A stretch of 64,000 bases of DNA, taken from IMG/VR virus record IMGVR_UViG_3300005663_000028, positions 96,001 to 160,000 of that record; one strand, written 5' to 3'. The position numbers were made by a program, and so were the translations under genes. This DNA comes from a virus. Under the pieces are notes generated by a model that ran no database searches, was not told the DNA's origin, and saw nothing but the letters and a program-made list of their open reading frames with translations. Shown piece by piece: positions 39,786 to 50,973 of this stretch; within the stretch, counting starts at the first letter, position 1, and the number at the start of each line of letters is the position of its first letter.

Positions 39786-41603
39786 TTACACTCTAGGATA
39801 TTTTGATTCAACCCCCTCGGTTCCATCTTCCAGCTTGACTATTTCCAGTCCATGTGCAAAAAGCGGTGCTTTATCTTGTAGGATACGGCAGATTTTGACG
39901 GCAAGCTTTCTTATCTCAAGGTCGGCGGCCGGATTTGCCCGTAATTCAATCAAGTGACGAATTGCTCTTGCATTCATTGTGACAACTATTTTGGTTTCTG
40001 TGGCATTCGGCAATACAGATCGTGCAGCTTGACGAGCCTTTTTCCTCCGTTCTAGTCCACTCTCTATATCACTATACATATCCGATAGTTTAGTTGTCAA
40101 TTCTTCATAGACTTGTCGAGACCTTTCGCAGTGTTCAATCCACGATCGATAAGCTTCTGGATCAATCTTTTCCAATTCTTGCATAGCAGGAGGAACTATA
40201 AAGGACACATCAGAAGAATCAACATACCGTTGACTAATTTGAGAATACGAAGCAATTCTGTGACGAACTAACTCGTGTGTTAAGCTGCGGGAAACATTCC
40301 ATATTAAGAAATTGAAACTGGCATGCTCAATACAAGAATTTCCACACCATACCGGTTTACCATTTCTTCTGACATAAAGTGTATGATTTGGAACTTCTAC
40401 GCAATAAACATTCCCTTCCCAGGAATCAATCCAGGATGTTTTTCCTACGCAGTCAACATATTTGTTCACTTCAGGCTTAAGTTCTTTTCTTATGACAGAT
40501 AAACGTATAAGTGTTTTATTCCCGAATGAATTTTTTCTTTGTGTTCCTTCGTATTCGTGGCAGATGTTGGCAGCCAATCCTATGTGTAGACATAATTGTT
40601 GAAACTGGTTTGCCAATTTCCTACTCGTAGTGTCAAAGGATATTTGGTGTGATCCCCGCGATCCATCAGCTTCTATCAAGCCTTCATACAAAGCAGTTAA
40701 TTGATCAATGGAACTTTTCACAAATAAATATTGTGGAATTTGCTTGTTTCTATCCTCGGTATACATATCTCTAAACACACGAACTTCTGCATCAGTAGAC
40801 AAGGTTACAGCAAAGTTTCCGTCTTGACCCTCCCTAATTGGTAAATTCAGTGACTCACACAATCCTTTTAGAAAAGAAATTTTTCTCTCCTTGTATAGAT
40901 GAAACTTTACTTGCCTGCTGTTTGGTTGACTACTTCCGTCTCCAATGGCAAATCCCAACAATTTATAATGATTACAACTCATATCATCTGTTTGGTGTCT
41001 GATTTTCCAATCCGCAGTTTTAATATATGCGTGTGAGGAATCATTTAGTTCATCCGCCCTAATTAGGTCAAAATTTTCTCTTTTTCTGCCTTGTTTAGTG
41101 GTGGTTTTGCATACCAACATACTGTGATTAGGAGTCACTAATAAGTCTACACCCTTACCCTCCACTCGATACATCTTACCTTTATGTAAGTATGTCGTAA
41201 AGTTAGATGCTGGTTGATATTCCAGTTTGCCATCTACACTTCTCGTAGCAAACAAATCTTTGTCACAAATATCTCTAAAGTATTTCCACCCATCAGATGT
41301 AAGAACTTCTGTCTCTTCATCATAACAGCCATGTCCTATCTCAATGAGATGCTTAATATGATCTTCGTGAGACCTTCCCTTGGGTTCCTCTCCCTGTTTG
41401 GGCCAACTTAAGTAGCATAATCTCCCCGCTGCTTCCACTAGCCATTCCGCATCGTCATCACCAAGAGATATCATAGACTCTAGCTTCTTTTCGAATTCAG
41501 GCCAAGCGAGGCCATGGTCTTGTAAGAATTCTGTTATTCCATCAATTTCTATAACTGGTTTTCCCACCAGTACGACTTTCGGTTCAGTTACAAAATTACT
41601 CAT
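39786..41603 (-). CDS. thyX: flavin-dependent thymidylate synthase ThyX (intein-containing precursor)
   Basis: AGRLCY, GHG|SCIEHAS after excision, SRSLTHELVRHRIASYSQISQRY, RSVLPNATET, MNARAIRH. Confidence 0.93.
   Translation of the reverse strand: MSNFVTEPKVVLVGKPVIEIDGITEFLQDHGLAWPEFEKKLESMISLGDDDAEWLVEAAGRLCYLSWPKQGEEPKGRSHEDHIKHLIEIGHGCYDEETEVLTSDGWKYFRDICDKDLFATRSVDGKLEYQPASNFTTYLHKGKMYRVEGKGVDLLVTPNHSMLVCKTTTKQGRKRENFDLIRADELNDSSHAYIKTADWKIRHQTDDMSCNHYKLLGFAIGDGSSQPNSRQVKFHLYKERKISFLKGLCESLNLPIREGQDGNFAVTLSTDAEVRVFRDMYTEDRNKQIPQYLFVKSSIDQLTALYEGLIEADGSRGSHQISFDTTSRKLANQFQQLCLHIGLAANICHEYEGTQRKNSFGNKTLIRLSVIRKELKPEVNKYVDCVGKTSWIDSWEGNVYCVEVPNHTLYVRRNGKPVWCGNSCIEHASFNFLIWNVSRSLTHELVRHRIASYSQISQRYVDSSDVSFIVPPAMQELEKIDPEAYRSWIEHCERSRQVYEELTTKLSDMYSDIESGLERRKKARQAARSVLPNATETKIVVTMNARAIRHLIELRANPAADLEIRKLAVKICRILQDKAPLFAHGLEIVKLEDGTEGVESKYPRV
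40338..41327 (-). mobile_element. 330-aa intein with LAGLIDADG homing endonuclease in thyX
   Basis: starts CYDEETEVLTSDGW, block B VTPNH, LAGLIDADG-like LLGFAIGDGS and LYEGLIEADGS, ends VYCVEVPNHTLYVRRNGKPVWCGN followed by Ser+1. Confidence 0.93.
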
Positions 41604-43330
41604 CAGATTTTTCCCTCGTTTTCAACAATAAGGTCCAATTCTTTAGCCCGATTCCCACACTCTATCAATTTACGTCCAATCATAATAGCTTCATCCCCTG
41701 TAAAATCCATAGGGAAAAATCCTTTGGGCCAATAATTTCCCATTTTCTCTAAATCAAGCTCCACGTTAACACATACATCTGGTCCTTCTCCCCATGTACA
41801 AGATATACTTACCTCATCCCCCGTTTTCAAAACATATTCCGATACCGGACCTTTATCGTGGTGCATCTTCATTACCCTTTCTTATTTCACAAACTTCCAA
41901 CAATTCCCACTAACGACAAGTTTCACCCCATCTATACTCTTCTAGTTCATTAACATTCCCTATATAACAAAGCGCTCTTAAAGCATCTAAATTATTCCCA
42001 TTGTAAATTGGATTTATCGTCGAATATAAGTCGAATCTCCAACAACCATCCCATATTCCTTTAATTACACCATCTTTGTGACAAAAGACACAGGTTCTCT
42101 CATATGAAGTTTTACCCATTGGGTGCCAAATATGTCCAAATGGCCAAGTCCAAAAACATTGCTTGTGAGATAGAAAACCGTTTCTGTTTATTAATTTGTC
42201 AATTTTCCTGGTTATTGCAGCCCTAAGTTTTGTTCTCATTTTCTCTTTCTCTTATCAACAGCCTTTTGCAATGCTTTAATCATCGGTTTTACATCCCAAC
42301 TCCACATGAATTGGTCGAATGGCGATTCCGGATCCAAGCATTCAGCGTCAATTTCAGTCAATGGACATTTACCACAATCGCCGCTACGACGGGGATCATG
42401 AGTTTTACACAACGCACATGTAGAATCATCAATTCTTAGATAAGCAATATCACGATCACAATCATCTTCATCGTCAGTAACATCCGATTTATTCATCACA
42501 TTTCCATCGTATAGTACTACATCGTGTTTCTTTAGGTTTGCGGGTTTAAGGCCAAGCCATTTCTTAAGTGAGTGTCTAAGAGCGTATCTTTTAGACACTT
42601 TATCTGCCGGTGTTCGATAAAACTCTTTTTTCCATGTTGCCAAACTCATTGTTTTCTCCTTAAATCATAAAGCATTTTACACTTCTCTTCTTCGACTTTA
42701 TTCAAGTTAATATCGAAATAATCTGCTAACCATTGTTCAATTCTAGAATGAATGGGCCAGTATTCTTCGTTTTCCCTATTGCATATGAACAAATGTTTTT
42801 CATCTTGTAGCCATTCCAAAAATCCACCTATCGTCTGCGACTGATCTCTTACTGCCGCCATTTTTTCGCATTCCAGATATCTTTTTGGTTTATCCTGTTG
42901 ATTTTTCATTTCTTTTCATCCAAAAAGATATCAGATTGTATTGTTGGCGGTTTCATATTTTCTTTCCTTTATGCGAATATGCGAAACTAATACAAAACGA
43001 ATCCACATTGGGAATAAACGGCAAAGCGAATATTTCTTTAGTTTTCTGATGTAAAATAACTTCTGACATCAAATGATCAATGAGTTGCCCCCGCTCTGTT
43101 GCTGTTTTTGTGTATTCAACGTTTAAAGAAATATGAGTAATTTGTCCATTTCCATCAAACTCTTCTTGAAGAAAGAGTAGTTGTTTACGTCTACCTTTCT
43201 GAGTTTTTGCAAATTCCAAACAATAGATTTTAAAAGAATAATCATCTCCATAATCTACTTCATAAGTTTCAACAACTTCACTACCTTGGATTTGAATTTT
43301 ATTTGATTCCAGAAAGCTTTTCGTCAACAC
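41603..43330 (-). other. five small hypothetical CDS (41603-41872, 41910-42239, 42236-42649, 42646-42909, 42953-43330)
   Basis: ORF track, coupled starts and stops. Confidence 0.6.
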
Positions 43331-44793
43331 TTGACTTCTCCTTTTGTTATTTTGTACGGAAGCGTAACGCCCTTAAATTCGTTCGGTGAAATTATTGCTA
43401 ACTGTTCCACCACACGACTCCTAAGACTAACAGCAATATCTAAAACAATTTTCAATTCACTCGACTCAACAGTATCAGAAGTTCTATGGGGAAATATCAG
43501 CTTCAACAACCCCGATCCAATCCGGACCAAAGACCTTTGATTCCGTTGAGACATATCCCCAAAATCGACGTTACCCATTATAAGCGGAGCGTAGTTTCTA
43601 TCTCTCATATGATGCATAATTTCACTGATATAATCGGCCATAAACCCTTCACCCTTAGCGAGCTTTGATTCACGAATCTGTGGGATGCGCCAACCTGGAA
43701 TATACCCGTGTATTCTATCAAGGAAGGCTCTGTCTTGATTGATTACTTGGGGGAATGGGGAGAACAAACTGCGATATCTTACAGAGACTTCTCTTTTGTT
43801 GCGATCACAATCAATGTTGCCAGCAAACATAATGGAGCAACCGGAAGTAAATTCCGCTGTACCACGACCAAATCGCCCCGAATTCATAAAGTCCTTCAAC
43901 ATATCTATCAAGTCGCCTTGCCCAGACCACTTATTGGCCCCTCGACTACTAGCAAACTCATCGAACATAACTACATCTCGGTATCCAATGAGACCCAACT
44001 GTCGTCTCAGTTTGTCATAAAACAAGGATGCTACAGTAGTTTGACCACCAGAAATAACAAAACTATAAGAACTGAGTGATTGATATGCAAATGTCTTTCC
44101 AGTCTCTGGTGGTCCCAGTTCTACAAGATTGACGTTGGGTTCAATAAACGGGACCAATCTTGCTATGTATAACCACTTCTCCTCTTCAGAAAGATGATCC
44201 GGATCAAACCCAATGCTGGTAATCATCAAGTCCAACCATTCTTGGTCTGTAAGTTTAGCTCTACGTTCTATCCAAGTATCGACGTTGATTCCAGTAATTT
44301 GAATTGGCTTGAACTCGGTCAGTAAAAACGGATACAATTTGTTTCTCATCACAAACGAATCATCATAAATGATTTTGAAAACCCCCCAAGCCCCTGTCGT
44401 CAAGAGAGTCTCCCCGAATTCTGCGATAAGATAGGGGTCTATCCTTACGTATTGGTTCCCCAAAGCTGTGACATCACACCAATATTCATCTTTCGATTCA
44501 TCATATCGACATCTGATTCGGCCAATGAGGGTGTATTCACCCTTCTCACGAATTTGACTTTTCACCCAATCCTTCTGATCAGCTTCCATAAAATGCGAAT
44601 CGAGAAGCTTACCAATTCTTTCCAACCCAGGAGTCGGATCGGTGGGGTCTACCATTTCTGCAACAAGGAAATCTGCTACAAAACTTGGTAATTTTCTCCA
44701 TTGTTCATTCAAGATTGTCAGACTTTTGTTTACAATTATTCCGCGATCTGGGAAAACAGTAGTTATTTTTGATCTTGTCTCAGTTTCGATCAT
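43324..44793 (-). CDS. brxL: BrxL-family AAA+ ATPase lacking the C-terminal Lon protease domain
   Basis: NLVELGPPETGKT, ISGGQTTVASLFY, GLIGYRDVVMFDE, AFLDRIHGYIPGW; ends shortly after RSRVVEQL. Confidence 0.85.
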   Translation of the reverse strand: MIETETRSKITTVFPDRGIIVNKSLTILNEQWRKLPSFVADFLVAEMVDPTDPTPGLERIGKLLDSHFMEADQKDWVKSQIREKGEYTLIGRIRCRYDESKDEYWCDVTALGNQYVRIDPYLIAEFGETLLTTGAWGVFKIIYDDSFVMRNKLYPFLLTEFKPIQITGINVDTWIERRAKLTDQEWLDLMITSIGFDPDHLSEEEKWLYIARLVPFIEPNVNLVELGPPETGKTFAYQSLSSYSFVISGGQTTVASLFYDKLRRQLGLIGYRDVVMFDEFASSRGANKWSGQGDLIDMLKDFMNSGRFGRGTAEFTSGCSIMFAGNIDCDRNKREVSVRYRSLFSPFPQVINQDRAFLDRIHGYIPGWRIPQIRESKLAKGEGFMADYISEIMHHMRDRNYAPLIMGNVDFGDMSQRNQRSLVRIGSGLLKLIFPHRTSDTVESSELKIVLDIAVSLRSRVVEQLAIISPNEFKGVTLPYKITKGEVKC

Positions 44794-45441
44794 TTATTTT
44801 CTCCGCTTCTTATGTTTTCTCACTGGTGTCATTAAGGCTTTTTCTATTGACCAACCATGATTTAATCTCCAGTAAATAGTATTGACATGAATTCCAATTT
44901 CTTCAGCCCATGCTGTAATGCATTGTGTTTTCCCAAAACAAGTAATTAAATGATTTGTCCGTGTATTTCTTGCCTGTTCTTTTCTGGTAGCCCAGCGACA
45001 ATTAGATTTACAATATCCTTTATCATTATTAATTCTGTCAATCTGAAGCCCCTTTGGGGCTTCACCCATATCTTTGAGAAAATTTTCAAATTTTCTCCAT
45101 CGCTTGCAAACTGTAATTCCACGACCACCATAATAGAGATAATTACCATTACTGGGATTGGTACATCGTTGAATTATGGCAGCCCATATCATATAAGTTT
45201 TAGATGATTGACCATTCTTGTTATGACCATGAATTGTATTTTTCATGCTAGTCATTTTCTTTTGTAGACAACCACAACTTTGTGTGTGGCCACTCTTTAG
45301 ATAATCACCGCGAATAATTTTTTCTTGTCCACAATCACATCGACACAACCATTCATGATTTCCATATTTATCTTTTTTAAGATGTCTTAATACCAAAAGT
45401 TTACCAAATTTTTGTCCAACCAAATTTATTAATTTTGACAC
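44794..45441 (-). mobile_element. free-standing HNH-type homing endonuclease gene (copy B)
   Basis: same motif set as 30238-30888; shares a 95-nt and a 34-nt identical block with it. Confidence 0.82.
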
Positions 45442-45701
45442 AATATTTCACTACCTTCTAAGAGGGACAATGCATCTGATCGTTGTACCAAAAACTCTTC
45501 CCCAACAAACTCGGGAGTAGCTGTATTTGACATCCTTGTGGCCGCTACTGGATTCCTTAGACACATCAGGTGTATCGCCCCCACCAATCCCTCAGACTCT
45601 TTAGAATAGCTCCAAGAGCCGTCTGTGGAATACTCGACTTGGTTTCCGTAAAATATTTCTTCTCCAGGTTGAATTTTTCCATTACAAATTAAACATTCCA
45701 T
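45429..45701 (-). CDS. small hypothetical protein
   Basis: ORF track; CxxC...HxxC. Confidence 0.55.
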   Translation of the reverse strand: MECLICNGKIQPGEEIFYGNQVEYSTDGSWSYSKESEGLVGAIHLMCLRNPVAATRMSNTATPEFVGEEFLVQRSDALSLLEGSEILCQN

Positions 45702-46088
45702 TATCCCGTAATCTCCGTGCGCACCGCCTAAGATAAATTAAATCATGAGTTAAGTCTAATTCAATGGAATCTTCGTTTTGACTCATGATATCATTGTTGC
45801 GTTGAAATTAACATTTGCTTCGATCTTTCTATAAGATAATAAATCACAGAGATATTCAGCTAGACAGAGAATATATGTGGTTGTTTCACTGGTAATCCCT
45901 TCTAAGTTATTTGCGCCATAATTCTAATACTTATTTCAATTAAAATGGTTCATTTATGAGAGAGAATACGAGCAAAGTAAAGTAACTGAATTACTATTAG
46001 TATAGAGAGGGAGTTTTTGCAAAAATGTTCCAACAAAATCAGAAAAAAATGAAGAAAATCTTTTCTCTACAGTTACCACTTTATTCCT

Positions 46089-46595
46089 TTAAGTGTCAAA
46101 TTTTTTCCTTAGTTGTTTCAGAGCACTTTTGTTAGTCAGACTTTCGTCAGGATTCATGCGGTCAATTATCAACTTTCCATCTAGGTGGTCGATTTCGTGT
46201 TGCCAAATTCTAGTTGTGACACTATCTCCAATTGTCCGAATCGGGAGTCCATTAAGTCCTTCACCTTCTAAAATTGAAGAGGTGGCTCTTTGTATTGTTA
46301 CAGAAACTCCAGGCAAAGAAAGACATGCCTCGATTGCTTCGCTTTGTCCACTAAGATAAAGTAACACTGGATTCCAAACAACTTGATTCGTATAATTTTG
46401 CTTCCAAACAAACATACGGATATTAAGTCCGACTTGGGGTGCTGCAAGTCCGCAACCTATTCTATTCGTCATTATTTTCCACATCTCTGTTGCTAATGGG
46501 AGTCGTTCCTTCAGAACTGTTTCTCTATTTATTCCATTAACAGCATCATTACATATCTTATAGAGTATTGGATCAGGATAATATACTAGTTGCAT
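46089..46595 (-). CDS. def: peptide deformylase
   Basis: GCGLAAPQVG, EACLS, QHEIDHLDG motifs. Confidence 0.93.
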   Translation of the reverse strand: MQLVYYPDPILYKICNDAVNGINRETVLKERLPLATEMWKIMTNRIGCGLAAPQVGLNIRMFVWKQNYTNQVVWNPVLLYLSGQSEAIEACLSLPGVSVTIQRATSSILEGEGLNGLPIRTIGDSVTTRIWQHEIDHLDGKLIIDRMNPDESLTNKSALKQLRKKFDT

Positions 46596-47780
46596 TGAGC
46601 CATCCTTAACATATGATCAGTAACCCAAAGAGATGCATTTCTATACCTACACACCCACTTACCAAACTCTTCATCTAACATTTCTGTGTCTGGCAATCCC
46701 AATTCTATTGGAGAATCAAACCAGAGGAGTCTACAAATATCTGGAATTTCCCCGTGACAGACTTCGAGTACGAAGTCATTGCTCCGGCACCTTATTACTG
46801 TCGGCATTAATTTACTCATCAATTGTCCTTTCCTCTATAAATAATTTCCTTTTCCAATTCTTGAAGTCGTTATCTACGTCAGCCTTGGGATTACTATGTG
46901 TTTGTTTACATGTTGGGCACTTAATACATTCTTCTTCTATTGGTCCTATTTCGTTTTCTGCCTTTTGTTTTGTGGAGAATACACCTCTGACCCTACTACT
47001 CCCTACTGGTTTGTTGCCACACAATTGATCACTTTGCATTACTAGATAGACTTTCATTTGATTTTCCTTTTGAGTATTTTTTCTAGTCTTTTTATTCCCT
47101 TATTATTTGTCTTTTTCTCAGGGTACGCAAAGCTTTTGTGAACAATACGTCCTTCTACAAAAATGCCGTAATGTAGTGAGTCTATTATATCTACGGTAAA
47201 TTTAGGCAAACCTTCAGGAAAGAAGGCATCCTTAAACTTTTGGACCTCTTCTTGGTTTTCGTAACCTTCTAATAGTAATTCAAGATAAAAACCTTCCTTT
47301 GTCTGAAGCTCTGAACAACTCATATTTTTACCTTCTACAACGATCTCCCCAGTACAAGGTTCTCCCCATCCTTGATCTAGATTATTTTGATTCCACTCAG
47401 CTAGTTCTTCTGTATCGAACAATCTTGGATATGCCGACCCATCACCACAATCCTCTATAGAATAATAAATAATCAACTTCTCCACCTTCATAATACTCTC
47501 CTTGTAACACACACATACTAAACTAGCCTGACTGACGGAATTCTTTTGCAGTACTTTCCTTGTATAGTTCCGGAAAATCATCGCCATCGATTCGAACATA
47601 TATAGGGAATTTTATTGATCTTTGTAGACGTTCTGCTCGTTTGATTGCCTTATCCTTTGTCTCTGTTTTCTTCCAACATCTCCTAAGAGATACAAATATT
47701 TCGTTATGGATTAATAAATTAACAGAAGCTGTTTTATCTGGCCATACATTTATCTCTATTCGATTTGCATGCGATTTCAT
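46586..47780 (-). other. four small hypothetical CDS (46586-46822, 46812-47057, 47054-47491, 47523-47780)
   Basis: ORF track. Confidence 0.55.
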
Positions 47781-47794
47781 ATTAACTTCCTTTC

Positions 47795-47980
47795 TTAAGG
47801 CTTAAAAGTTTTTCCGATAGAGGGATGTCTCATTATTTCAAATTCAATTGTATTTCTTAGGTCGGCCTCAAGTGTATCCAGAAATTCCTTTGAAACGCGA
47901 CTCATCGGCCTCCCCGCCCGCATTTCCTCAAATCTAACCAAAATGAACTTCTTGACTGCCGCTCTATTTAGTAGACTCAT
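47795..47980 (-). CDS. small basic protein, candidate truncated histone fold
   Basis: MSLLNRAAVKKF...RVSKEFLDTLEADLRNTI...RHPSIGKTFK; RVS loop-1 and KT loop-2 spacing like short bacterial histones. Confidence 0.45.
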   Translation of the reverse strand: MSLLNRAAVKKFILVRFEEMRAGRPMSRVSKEFLDTLEADLRNTIEFEIMRHPSIGKTFKP

Positions 47981-48186
47981 TACCTTCCCCCACACTGAGT
48001 TTCCCGCTCCTGAGTTTCCTCTCTTTGGTAATATTCTTCTTTGTCTCGCTGAGAAACTGTCTCCCCCAAAGCCTCTTCTATCTCACCTATGAAGTGAGCA
48101 CATTCGGCACCTAGGAATCCTTGTCCATCTATGGAACAATTACCTTCGGTGTCTATGTCGATGACTATTTTCTTTTCACCTCTCAT
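47980..48186 (-). CDS. DUF2997-family protein
   Basis: IVIDIDTEGN..IDGQGFLGAEC....IEEALG..V..R.KEEYYQ. Confidence 0.75.
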   Translation of the reverse strand: MRGEKKIVIDIDTEGNCSIDGQGFLGAECAHFIGEIEEALGETVSQRDKEEYYQREETQERETQCGGR

Positions 48187-48199
48187 ATTATTCCTCCGT

Positions 48200-50973
48200 T
48201 TAGTACTTCAGTCCTTCGAAGTAAAGGAATCGCTCGTATTCCCCCTTACACCCATCTTGTTTAGCTAATTCGTCGCTCGCATCACAGAGTTCTTTAATAT
48301 CTTGCTTGAATTTAGCTAATTCGATCTGCAATTGGTCGGACGTAAAAACACCCTTTTTCTTTCTTGCTCCAATCCATGTTTTTTTACTTATTTCTACATC
48401 TACGTCCAAAGCAGATATCCACTTAGCTTCGACCCTGATGCCACACTCTTCCCAAATTCGAACGAGATACGTTCTAGGTTTGAGTAGCCGACGAAGTTCT
48501 CTTGCAGCTTCTTTTTTTGTCATGGTTTCTTTCCTAGTTGAAACTCTTGGTATGTAAATTGTTTGTATCCCCCTCCTACCTTTTCTTCTCGTAAATGGTT
48601 TGTACCAAATTTTTTCACAACCACTTCCCCCACAAGTTGCACATATTACTGCGGTTCCTTTTGGCTCAGCACACCCAATATATAAACCAGTTCCATCACA
48701 ATCCCAACATTCTGCTTCTATACTTTCCTGACTCATCGTTTTATTTCTCCAATCACTAGGGACAAGGTTCAGATAAGGGCTCTAATTGTCTCATAATATA
48801 CCCCAAGGTGTCATCCAACAATTTCTATAAGCGGCTTGACGAGCCCTTCTCCTTGCTACGACTAATGACGTACATCTTTTGATTTTACGAACATAAGCCG
48901 CTTGTTCTTTCATGTAAGGCAAGTGCCAATCTATCCATTGTTTGTAATTGAGTTGTCCCAGGCCGAATAAGCATACACCTTCTTCGCAATGACTACTACC
49001 ATCAAAGATTTTCCAGTTAATTTTCATGATCCTTATTTTCCACAAGAGCCAATAATCTTCTAGCCCATAGAACTTTTCCTGCATTTTGTCCCGCTCTGTA
49101 TGCCCGCTGGGGAGAGTATTCTGCATAACCACACACTGTACCATTCTTATCCCTTTTAAGTTGGTCTGACCAACACTGTTTTTCTGCCATCTGCCTAATG
49201 TGTTTAACCAATACAATGAACTCATCTGCCATATCTTTATTACGTGCCCATCCCATTTTTCTTCTCCTTATGAAATTTTTCTGTTTACAGAAAATTTCTT
49301 ATCTAGAGTCTGTGACCCCTACACTTTTAACCCGAACATCTATAATATCAAGATCGTCTGCGTCCATTTCTGGAAAAAAGTCAGCCCCTTCAAGAGCATA
49401 TGTGCCGTTAGCTTCTTCGTCTTCGTGAAGCAAAACATCTAGAACTACTCTATAATGTACTTTTCTCATATTTTTCTCTCTTATTTTGTTAAGCCTCTAG
49501 CAAACTGTTTCGCATCAGAAAAGCAGAAAAAATCTTGATACCACGATTGGCGTTTTGGGGAGATAGACACGGAATAATAGAATCTATTTCCGTATGCATT
49601 ATATTTTCTTATGGCATAACTTCCATTATTCTGGACTAATTTTCCCCTGGAATCGTATTCTCTAATCCAAACTGTTTTACTTCTACCTCTAGTTCGAGAC
49701 ATAAAACAAACCTCCTGGAGAAAACTCCTTAATCTCGAACTCAATCGCTTTCTCACGGTTTTTGTTTTGGTGAAGAATTTTCCCATCTAGAGATAAGACC
49801 TGCCAGACTTGTTCGCCTTCATGAAATTCTACGTTTGATGCTTTGTGGACATTTGTTACTTTACCAATAGCGAACAAGTCGATTTGGTCTGTCCATAAAC
49901 AGTGAACATCACCTTGGTTATCTATGTCTAAAACCACCTTCATCGATCAGACTCCACTTTTATTTCTATGGTTCAATGCAATATACAACTAACGCTACTA
50001 TAGAAAGCATCCAAGCGACCAAAATAACTAGGGTTATTTTCCAACTAAAAATCAATCCTAACAAAGCTAAACAGAGTCCTCCCCCAAAAAGCCAAACACA
50101 AATAACGGAGTCCCAAATTTTCATGAGTTTCTTTTTTATTTTACTTTTCATTTTGTTGTTCCCAAGCGTAGTGTCCCGTTCCGAAAGGCCCCCACCCTGT
50201 TATCCTTGGTGCTGCCTGAAGTGCCGCACCAAGTGTCCAACTATACCAGACACATAACGATAGTAATCCCGTCTAAAAACATACTTGGCCTAATTTTTTC
50301 ATATTATTTTCCCTTAATAGTCCCACATAGGGACAAATCCAAAAACATCGACTAATTCCGCTAATAGTTCTGGACCTTCTAAACAATTTTCATCATTTTG
50401 CATAACAGATTCACCGTTAAAACATTGAGTTTTAATAAAAAATTCCAAAACTTTTTCAAAGACTTTATTTTTTGTTTCTTGATCATCGTGATACATAAGA
50501 TTCAATAGCGATTCTCCCTCAAATGTTCTCATTGTCATTTTTTATCCTTTCTTGTTTGTCCATAGCACTTTCAAGGTCTTTCCCCACCGCTTCCCAATCT
50601 TTGCGAATAGTATCCTCATCAGTCACAGACAGTATTTTTTCCGTTTCTGCGAATGGACGAGGGTTTTCTTTTGGGAAAATACCGATCTGTGACATAGCTT
50701 TCCATAGATTTTTCCAGAACTTTTTAAGGGTCACTTTTTCTTTCCTTCATTAGCTCTTTTTTCAATTTGTCTAATCTCTTCTTGTGAAAGATATTTGTAA
50801 GCAGCCATCCTTTGCTCTTTTGCATATTCTACTAAACTACCACAGCTAGCCCCACCAAAAACACCTCTGACAAAAAGTTGTGTTCTTGCCGACAGATCGT
50901 CTGTATCGTATTTGTCTATAACGAATGTGGTGAATTCAGCTAATGCATAGGCTATTTTATCGACAGACATCAT
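48200..50973 (-). other. cluster of small hypothetical CDS (e.g. 48200-48736 with CxxCxGxG, 48791-49030, 49017-49256, 49299-49469, 49689-49943, 49966-50151, 50314-50538, 50519-50734, 50731-50973)
   Basis: ORF track plus a manually read 56-aa ORF at 49299-49469. Confidence 0.5.

Noticed and set aside
42953-45441. Complete BREX defence system
   Set aside because: Neighbours of brxL are a HEG and small hypotheticals; no pglX, pglZ or brxC.
44760-45445. 5'-end duplication of brxL around HEG copy B (TCAAAATTAAT versus TCAAAAATAAC)
   Set aside because: The similarity is short and AT-rich, so it is not distinguishable from chance without an empty-site genome.
45716-45743. dif-like 28-mer CGTGCGCACCG-CCTAAG-ATAAATTAAAT
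   Set aside because: It matches 15/22 arm positions of E. coli dif but lacks the inner ATAA/TTAT palindrome. A rough binomial estimate expects several such matches by chance in 64 kb.
46000-46040. Sixth promoter copy (TTTTGTT-GGAACA ... TATACT)
   Set aside because: The spacer would be 21 nt and the GAGTTRG spacer motif is absent.
50155-50260. GC-richer intergenic stretch as a tRNA or ncRNA
   Set aside because: No cloverleaf, T-loop GTTCRA or other recognisable fold by eye; a covariance-model search would be needed.
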